From: an uncultured Aquimonas sp.
GTDB lineage: Bacteria; Pseudomonadota; Gammaproteobacteria; Xanthomonadales; Xanthomonadaceae
Length of the DNA: 64,000 nucleotides
Direction of reading: 5' to 3'
Assembly: GCA_964536455.1 (NCBI GenBank)
Contig: CAZHXV010000001.1
Coordinates: forward strand, 1,760-65,759
Made by a program: the position numbers and the translations under genes. The notes under the pieces were generated by a model that saw only the letters and a program-made list of their open reading frames with translations, made no database searches and was not told where the DNA came from. Of this stretch, positions 57,684-64,000 are shown piece by piece; position 1 is the first letter of the stretch; every line of letters begins with the position of its first letter.

Positions 57684-58160
57684 TCAGGCCTCCTGCGTCG
57701 TGTGCTGTTCGAGTGCCAAGCGCATCAGCGCCAGCGCATCTGCTTCGTTGTCGTCGGCAGGCGTGAAGCCTGCGGTGCGGATCGCGGCGATGACGTCGTC
57801 CTTGCTGGCGTTGCCCTTGCCGGTGGCGTGCTTCTTGATCGTGCCGACCGGCACGCCGGAGTACGGGATGCCGTGGTGCTCGCACCACGCGGTGAGCGTG
57901 GCGAGGAATCCGCCATAGGCGTGCGCAGCGTCAGTGGAGACGTGGCGGCGCACTTCCTCGAAGTAGAGTGCGCCGATGGCGGCGTGGCCGTGCAACTCGG
58001 CCAGCCAGCGTTTGAAGCGCAGGAAGCGCATGCCACCGCCTTCGAAGCGTTGCGGGCGGAAGCATTCGCTGCCGCTGGTGGTGGAGCCGTCCGGCGCGCG
58101 CAGCGCCCAGCCGGTGGTGGTGCCCAAGTCCAGGGCGAGGAGGGTGTGGGTGATGGTCAT
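57684..58160 (-). CDS. RuvC-like Holliday junction resolvase
   Basis: LALDLGTTTGWA, FEEV, IKKHATGKGNA.K, DDNEADALA. Confidence 0.85.
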   Translation of the reverse strand: MTITHTLLALDLGTTTGWALRAPDGSTTSGSECFRPQRFEGGGMRFLRFKRWLAELHGHAAIGALYFEEVRRHVSTDAAHAYGGFLATLTAWCEHHGIPYSGVPVGTIKKHATGKGNASKDDVIAAIRTAGFTPADDNEADALALMRLALEQHTTQEA

Positions 58161-58183
58161 GGCAATCCTTGGGTTTGGATCGC

Positions 58184-58290
58184 CTGACGCAGTTGCCTTA
58201 GCAGATCGAACTTGTTCCATATCCGCGCGTACACGCGCGTATAGGACACTTACGATGTAGAGAGACAACTGCGTCAGAACGATGCGTCAG
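58184..58290. repeat. Inverted-repeat structure downstream of primase (candidate origin)
   Basis: CTGACGCAGTTG (58184) / CAACTGCGTCAG (58266), extra TGCGTCAG (58283), central CGCGCGTA x2. Confidence 0.55.
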
Positions 58291-60551
58291 TCGTCGATGT
58301 AGGGGGAATAAGAGGAAGTGGGCGGGGCTTTGAGGCCGATGCCCTGAAAGCCGCGAAGGCCGCACGGGTTGCGCCATTTGTCGACGCCACGATGGAGCAG
58401 CGTGTCGGAGAAGCGCCGCTGTGTTCCTACGAATTCCCCTGCGGCATCCGCCCAGCGTTTCCAGTCGGAGAAGAGTTCCGCCGTCAGTGATTTGGCCGAG
58501 GGAGAGCGCACGCAGGATTCTTCGATCCAGCGCCCAACGGCATCTTCGGCTTCGAAATATTCACCTGTGGCATCCACGACGTTGGCGGGCGGTTTGAGTC
58601 CGGACTGCTGCCACGCCAGACACCCTTCCAGCATCCACGCGAGGATGCCGTCACGTTCTGCCAGCAGCTTGGCGGGAAGCTGGCCGTCGCGTCGGTCTTC
58701 GGGAATCGTCACGGTGAACGGGATCAGGTGAAGTCGGCGCTTCATCGCTTCGTCCACGTTGCGCAGGGCAGGTTTGTGGTTGCCTGCGATCAGCAACTTG
58801 AACTGTGGCCAGTATTCGAAGAAGTCCTGGTACATGAAGCGTGCTGCGACCTTGTCGCCGCCGGTCAGGTTCTTGACCTTGGATTCCGCCCAGCGGCGTC
58901 CTTGTTCGGTTTCGATGGAGGACACGAAGCGTGCGCCACGCAGTCCGGCCAGATCGGTGGGGTGCCGGTCTGAGCGGGTTTCCATGAAGGTGTCGATGGG
59001 CGCGTTGGTGGCGTAATCGCCGAGGATCGAAGCCAGGGTGTTCAAGAACACGGATTTTCCGTTTGCGCCGGTTCCGTACAGGAAAAACAACGCGTGCTCG
59101 CGCGTGGAGCCGGTGAGGCAATAGCCCGCCATACGTTGCAGGTAGTCCTGCAAGCTGCGGTCGCCACCGGTAACCTCGATCAAGAACTTGCGCCACGTCG
59201 GGCAATCCCCGCCCGGTGTGGCCGTCGTCACCTTCGTCATGCGGTCGGCTCGGTCGTGCGAACGCATCCGTCCGGATTTCAGATCCACCACGCCGCCGGG
59301 CGTGTTGAGTAGCCAGGAATTGGCATCCCACTCGCCCGTGGTCGCGGCGTGACGACGGTCGGTGCGCGCCTGCCTTTCCATCGCATTGAGTGCGCTGGTG
59401 GACGACAACCGCACCGAAAGCCGATCCGAAGTGGCCTTGAGCGCCATCTCGCGGCAGATGCCACGCATCATGTGCAGCACCAACTCGGTGTCGTCGTTTT
59501 TCCAGCGACGGCCTTCCCAATGCATCCACTTGCCCCAGACCGCGCAGTAGCGCCAGTCGCTGGCAAATCGTCGGGTGAAGTCGAGCGCCAGCGAATCGTC
59601 CGTGCCCCAGACCGAGTTTTCCGGTGGTGTTGAAGCGGCTGGTTTCACGCTGGCGCGCGGCCCCGCAGCGAGAAATGCACTCACATCGAAACCCGCCGCG
59701 ATGGCGTCGGCCGCATCCCAGCCTTCGGCTTCGTCGGAGGGCGGAATCAACACGTCGCAACTCGTCGCACCGGCGGCGAGCAATGCCTGTGCTGCCGCCA
59801 AGGCGTACTCGCGTCCGGGATTGTCATGATCAGGCCAGATCACCACGGCCTTGCCGGACAGCGGCGACCAGTCGGTTTTCTCGACCGGCGCATTCGCCCC
59901 GTGCATCGCCGTGGCGGCGGCGATGCCCAGGCCGATCAGCGCCTGTGCGCATTTCTCGCCTTCGACCAGCACCACCTGTGAGGCAGCGGCGATGCCCGGC
60001 TGGTTGTAGAGCGGGCGTGGATCAGGCGGAGCCATCTTGCGACGACGCGCATCCCACGGGCGGAACTCCTTCTTGCCGCCCGGCGGGTCGTAGCGGTACA
60101 CCACGGCCAGCAACTTCCCGCTGGCATCGAAGTAGTCCCACTTCGCCGTGGCCGGGCCAAGGTCATCGACCGGCGCTTCCTTGCGGGACTTCTTCGGCGT
60201 AATCACCGTCGCACGTCCGAGGAGATCGGATGCCGCATCGAGCACACGCGGAAAATCGGTGTGAACATTGATGCCGCGCGCGGCGGCGATGAGATCGAAG
60301 ATGTCACCACCATCGCCGGTGGCGCGATCCGTCCACAGACCGATCTTCTCGCCATCGAGCACAACTTCCAGACTGTCGCCCGGCGAGCCAAGCACGTCGC
60401 CGATCAGGAACAAGCCTTTGCGCTTCTTGCCTGCCGGAAACAGCATGGCCAACACGCCATCCAGTTTGGCGATCAGCGTGGCACGAATCTCATCACGCTG
60501 TGCCGAACGATCCGGCTCGGGAACTGGTGCGGTGTCGTTGAAATCAAGCAT
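58287..60551 (-). CDS. P4-family primase-helicase (TOPRIM + D5/SF3 helicase)
   Basis: LVEGEKCA, WPDHD.PG, GWDAAD; LNTPGG..DL; YGTGANGKS; K.LTGGD...ARF; RRL..IPF. Confidence 0.92.
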   Translation of the reverse strand: MLDFNDTAPVPEPDRSAQRDEIRATLIAKLDGVLAMLFPAGKKRKGLFLIGDVLGSPGDSLEVVLDGEKIGLWTDRATGDGGDIFDLIAAARGINVHTDFPRVLDAASDLLGRATVITPKKSRKEAPVDDLGPATAKWDYFDASGKLLAVVYRYDPPGGKKEFRPWDARRRKMAPPDPRPLYNQPGIAAASQVVLVEGEKCAQALIGLGIAAATAMHGANAPVEKTDWSPLSGKAVVIWPDHDNPGREYALAAAQALLAAGATSCDVLIPPSDEAEGWDAADAIAAGFDVSAFLAAGPRASVKPAASTPPENSVWGTDDSLALDFTRRFASDWRYCAVWGKWMHWEGRRWKNDDTELVLHMMRGICREMALKATSDRLSVRLSSTSALNAMERQARTDRRHAATTGEWDANSWLLNTPGGVVDLKSGRMRSHDRADRMTKVTTATPGGDCPTWRKFLIEVTGGDRSLQDYLQRMAGYCLTGSTREHALFFLYGTGANGKSVFLNTLASILGDYATNAPIDTFMETRSDRHPTDLAGLRGARFVSSIETEQGRRWAESKVKNLTGGDKVAARFMYQDFFEYWPQFKLLIAGNHKPALRNVDEAMKRRLHLIPFTVTIPEDRRDGQLPAKLLAERDGILAWMLEGCLAWQQSGLKPPANVVDATGEYFEAEDAVGRWIEESCVRSPSAKSLTAELFSDWKRWADAAGEFVGTQRRFSDTLLHRGVDKWRNPCGLRGFQGIGLKAPPTSSYSPYIDD

Positions 60552-60771
60552 GGCCAGCCTCCGATCTATCCGTCGATGGCTGTTTGGATTCCATCCACAG
60601 CGCCAGATCACTGGCCTTGAATCGAATCAGCGATCCAATGCGGTAGTACGGAATGCCACGGCGGTGGCGTTCTTGCAGGTTGACGAACCAGTGCAACGGC
60701 AGGTTGAACTGGTTGGAGGCTTGGCGAGAATCAATCATGCGTTCGCCCACGATGTTCGGGTCGTAATTCAT
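60544..60771 (-). CDS. Small excisionase/MerR-like HTH protein
   Basis: IPYYRIG.LIRF..SDL..W; ATGA overlap; lower GC. Confidence 0.7.
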   Translation of the reverse strand: MNYDPNIVGERMIDSRQASNQFNLPLHWFVNLQERHRRGIPYYRIGSLIRFKASDLALWMESKQPSTDRSEAGHA

Positions 60772-61508
60772 GCCGTCGCCCTCCAGCACCGGTCTTGCCA
60801 CGCACACATCCGGCACTCGAAGTGGGTCGGATCGTGGAACCCGCGCGGCAACTGCTCGCCCGCTTCCGTGGCGGTGATGACCTTCACCGCGCGGTCGGTC
60901 ATGCGTTGCGCCAGCGCCGCGTCGAACGGCACGCGCTCCACGTAGATCTCCATCGTGTCGGCATTGATCGCGGTGAACAGCGCCGGGTGTTCGTGCAGTT
61001 CCAGATGCGCCTGATACAAAGCGATCTGTGCGGCATAGACCGGCTTGCTGACGGCCACACCCTTCGATGCCACATCGCGCCACGACTTCGCGCCGAGGCA
61101 CTTGTTCTCCCACAGTGCCGGATACGCAAAGCCATCCGATCCCGCGACGATCACGCCATCGACGTGACCTTTGAGCCTGCCGTTGGCATCGGAAAAACCG
61201 AACTGCTCGCCGTTGGCCTTGCGGGTGCGAAGATCGAAACCCGCGCCGCGCAGCCAATCCACCATGCAGTCCTCGACCACATGACCACGCTGGAAGATGC
61301 GCAGCATCCGGCCTTCCACATCGCGCCCGTAGTCCACCGGCGCTTTCGCATACTCAAATTGCAGCGCGCGTTCGCACTCCACGCCAAGGCGGGATGCGCC
61401 GAGGTAGTCCCTCGGCGTTTCCTTGGCGCGTGTGGCCTGCATGCCCCTGTCGATCAGCGCCGCGACCTGGCCGCTGACGCTCGCACCAGAATTGAAATCC
61501 AGATTCAT
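60768..61508 (-). CDS. Cas4-like PD-(D/E)XK exonuclease
   Basis: YLGAS.LG..C.R, GH.DG, WENK, Y..Q..LYQ, C..C.W..RC. Confidence 0.85.
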   Translation of the reverse strand: MNLDFNSGASVSGQVAALIDRGMQATRAKETPRDYLGASRLGVECERALQFEYAKAPVDYGRDVEGRMLRIFQRGHVVEDCMVDWLRGAGFDLRTRKANGEQFGFSDANGRLKGHVDGVIVAGSDGFAYPALWENKCLGAKSWRDVASKGVAVSKPVYAAQIALYQAHLELHEHPALFTAINADTMEIYVERVPFDAALAQRMTDRAVKVITATEAGEQLPRGFHDPTHFECRMCAWQDRCWRATA

Positions 61509-61981
61509 CGGTTGTCCCTCCAGAATTCCTTGTCTTCGAGGTCGTCGAAGCGCGGCACGAGCGGATCGGGCGTTTCTGGCAGACCACGAATCGGCGGGTA
61601 TTTCGACATCTCGTGATGCGCGGCCATCGCGTTGGTGAAGCAGGTGACGATGGCGTCTATCACCGCGAGGGCTTCGTCCTCGGCGTAGTCGCCGAGGGGT
61701 TTGTCGAAGCCGATGGCTTCCGTCGCTGCACCGAAGGCTTTGAGGCACTTCTTCAGGCAGGCGCGTTCGATCTCAGAGGCGTTGACCATCTCGGCCTCCG
61801 GTATTGGCGTGCTGCGTTCCTGTGCGGTTTTCCAGTGGCCGTACAGCGCGTGGAAGATGTCCTGACACCGTTTGGAGCAGAACACCCAGTCCAGTACGTG
61901 ATGGCGCGGGTCGTTGGCCTTGAAGCGCGTGTCGGTGTGGCCGAAACCGCGCGCGTGGCGTTTGCAGATCCAGCATTTCAT
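61505..61981 (-). CDS. DUF6511-like Zn-binding phage protein
   Basis: C..C, FCS..CQ, IG.DKPL..Y...EA. Confidence 0.7.
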   Translation of the reverse strand: MKCWICKRHARGFGHTDTRFKANDPRHHVLDWVFCSKRCQDIFHALYGHWKTAQERSTPIPEAEMVNASEIERACLKKCLKAFGAATEAIGFDKPLGDYAEDEALAVIDAIVTCFTNAMAAHHEMSKYPPIRGLPETPDPLVPRFDDLEDKEFWRDNR

Positions 61982-61987
61982 GTCTCC

Positions 61988-62641
61988 TCACGACGCCCAC
62001 GCGGGTTTTCCCGACGGCGCGCGTTGGGGCGTGGCGGCACTGGGTGCGGGGGAAGGCGCAGGCGCGGTACCGGTGCGCGAAGTGGGCGCGGACGGTGCGG
62101 CAGGCGCGCGCTGCGGCACACCCATGAGCCGCGCGTAGTCGGGGTGGTCAGGCTCCACCGCGAGTTTCACCACGTTGCGGTCGAAGCCCTTGGCGTCCTT
62201 CTCGATGTCCACGCGCGCCAAGAACTCCAGACCATCGAGTTCATGGAACCCGGCGATGCGGCGCGCGTTGGTGGCGGGCGGCGAGTTGTCCGCCGGATGC
62301 ACGTTGCGGGCGGAATTGAGCGCGCCCCGAATGAAGCTGCGCCCCATCTGCCCCCACGTCGGGCCTTTGCTGGAATACAGACCAATGTTCGACCACAGCT
62401 TGCGCTTGGAAAAATCGCCGCCGGTGACGATGAATTCGGCGGACAGATACACCGCGCCCGTTTCGAACGACTGCGTGGCATAGCCGCCCGTCCATCCCTG
62501 ATTCGGATCATCGAAGCCACCGGGTTTGAGGGTCATGCGGACGGGCAGGATCGTGCCCTTGGGAATCAGCTCGAAGGCACCTTGCTGCGAATCGGCATCG
62601 TTGAAGTCCGACCAGGACGGCGAAGAAACATGCGTGTTCAT
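61988..62641 (-). CDS. Putative phage ssDNA-binding protein
   Basis: DFNDA, IPKGT, RK.W..IG, low-complexity tail ending KPAWA. Confidence 0.7.
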   Translation of the reverse strand: MNTHVSSPSWSDFNDADSQQGAFELIPKGTILPVRMTLKPGGFDDPNQGWTGGYATQSFETGAVYLSAEFIVTGGDFSKRKLWSNIGLYSSKGPTWGQMGRSFIRGALNSARNVHPADNSPPATNARRIAGFHELDGLEFLARVDIEKDAKGFDRNVVKLAVEPDHPDYARLMGVPQRAPAAPSAPTSRTGTAPAPSPAPSAATPQRAPSGKPAWAS

Positions 62642-62644
62642 GGA

Positions 62645-63481
62645 TTACTCCTTGGAATCGGGGGAAGAAGAAACCGGCGCGGCGACGTGGCCTGCACACT
62701 TGGCGATCAGCGCGCCCAAGTCGGGCGGTTCGAGCAGGTCGAGGCGACCGCTGCGATCCTTGGCGGGATAGCCGTAGGGGTTGAGCGTGTGGGTGACGAA
62801 AGCGCGGTAGGACGAACCGTCCTCGGCCTTGATCTCGGCCAGGGTCACGACTTCATCGACGATGCCGGGCATCTGCAGACCGGTTTTGCTGCCTTCGATC
62901 TGCGGCTCGAACACCTTGCGACCGAAGTCATCAAGGCGTTCATCGAGGATCGCGACGAAAATCACATGCTTGCCGCGTGCGTGCTGGAGGTGCGTGAGTG
63001 CCGCCACCATTTCCTGTCCGAGCAGGCCGTAAGCTGCCCGCAGATCAGCCTTGCCGGAACGATCCGACACAGCGCCGGGCTGCGATTTGCACCACGTGAA
63101 ACACAGCCGCGACATCTGCGTGATCGAATCCACGAAGAAGGTCGCGTAGCGGTCGAGCTGCGCCGGATCGCCGAACTGGTCGATAACGTGGTCGTAGTGC
63201 GCGACGGAGAATGGTGCTTCCGGCGGCAGCGAACGATCTGGCCCTGCAAGGAACACGAACAGGTCACGGCACTCCGGCCATGAAGCCGGGCGAATGGTGT
63301 CGCCCGGCCAGTCCGCGACGGAGAGGTCGCCCGCCTCGATGTCGATGAACAAGGTCGATGGTGGATCAAGATCACGAATTCGCGTGGTCTTGCCGATGCC
63401 CGACTTGCCGAGCATCAGGAGCTTCACGCCCTTGCGTTCGGCCATGCGCTGCGTGGCGCTGATGATCGGAAGGCTCATCAC
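62645..63481 (-). CDS. Sak4-like/AAA_24 ATPase recombinase
   Basis: GKSGIGKT, D.EAG, FVDSIT, IVDEV, AKDRSG.L. Confidence 0.85.
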   Translation of the reverse strand: MMSLPIISATQRMAERKGVKLLMLGKSGIGKTTRIRDLDPPSTLFIDIEAGDLSVADWPGDTIRPASWPECRDLFVFLAGPDRSLPPEAPFSVAHYDHVIDQFGDPAQLDRYATFFVDSITQMSRLCFTWCKSQPGAVSDRSGKADLRAAYGLLGQEMVAALTHLQHARGKHVIFVAILDERLDDFGRKVFEPQIEGSKTGLQMPGIVDEVVTLAEIKAEDGSSYRAFVTHTLNPYGYPAKDRSGRLDLLEPPDLGALIAKCAGHVAAPVSSSPDSKE

Positions 63482-64000
63482 GCCACCTCGCGCAGGTGAT
63501 CGACCACCGTCGGGTTCCAGAGGATCTGGTAACCGCTATGGCCGTTGCGGTTGTAGGGCATCGCCTCGGCCCAGCGTTCGCCTTCCTCGGTCAATTCCCA
63601 TTCGTCGCGCTCGTTGCGGAATTGCAGACCGTTGTCGGCCAGCAGCCGATTGGTCTCCTTGGCGCTGGTGCCGAGCAGCTTCCCGATGGCGGTGGCATTG
63701 TGCGAACACACGGGTTCTTCCAGCACCGGCAGGGCGCGGCGCAGAACTTCCGTGGTGAGGCCGGTGTTCTCCTGAATGCAGGTGAGCGTCGCGGCAGCGG
63801 CGATGCCAGCCTTCACGCCGGGCACCTTGGCGATGGCCTCGCCGATCAGCAGGATGGCCGAAACACGATCCTGCGTGGGCGCGGGCAGTGCCGCTTGCGA
63901 ACCGGGTACGGCGTAGCTGCCGGTCTTGCGGATCGCGGGCAACACCTCGCTGGTTACCCACCGCTTGAAGCGTTTGGCGGTGTCCTTGGTGCTGCCGAGG
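63478..64000 (-). CDS. BRO-family antirepressor (5' end outside window)
   Basis: AKRFKRWVTSEVLPAIRKTGSY Bro-N end; C-terminal AT.IGK.LG.SA...N..L...GLQ domain. Confidence 0.88.
   Translation of the reverse strand, partial: LGSTKDTAKRFKRWVTSEVLPAIRKTGSYAVPGSQAALPAPTQDRVSAILLIGEAIAKVPGVKAGIAAAATLTCIQENTGLTTEVLRRALPVLEEPVCSHNATAIGKLLGTSAKETNRLLADNGLQFRNERDEWELTEEGERWAEAMPYNRNGHSGYQILWNPTVVDHLREVA

Larger units (their letters stand above)
15600..64000 (-). mobile_element. Lambda-like siphovirus prophage with distal cargo; extends past right edge, left boundary approximate
   Basis: Colinear replication, packaging, head, tail and lysis modules on the minus strand; SOS-mutagenesis and R-M cargo after the lysin. 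Confidence 0.9.

Noticed and set aside
60768..61508. Cas4-like gene as part of a CRISPR-Cas system
   Set aside because: Sits in a standard phage Sak4/SSB/exonuclease/primase module; no array or other cas genes

Overview
High-GC proteobacterial chromosome segment. The host is probably Xanthomonadales-like, inferred from a TTAG-N8-CTAA LexA-type box and a DxIFxDGFE motif. 1-1758: end of a beta-propeller-like gene and a membrane GGDEF gene. About 2040-15500: accessory region with a possible att remnant, a frameshifted RepB/ParB pseudogene, an FHA-AAA+ enhancer-binding protein plus Ser/Thr kinase, a lipoprotein, a vWA protein, and a minus-strand cluster of exported proteins behind a sigma54/IHF promoter. 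About 15600 to beyond 64000: a lambda-like (gpA/gpW/gpB/gpC/gpD/gpE) siphoviral prophage, almost entirely on the minus strand. Its distal cargo is umuDC (umuC 3' end truncated), SRAP, and a type I R-M operon containing YhcG plus a trailing unknown+PIN gene pair. Then follow lysis, tail (with a -1 frameshift chaperone), head and terminase genes; an antisense array of small genes, each unit behind the same 30-bp motif; two ParB-methyltransferases; a lambda-like cos site; and a replication/recombination module. No rRNA, intact tRNA, CRISPR array or integrase is visible. Pfam/DUF names are from recall of sequence motifs, not from searches.
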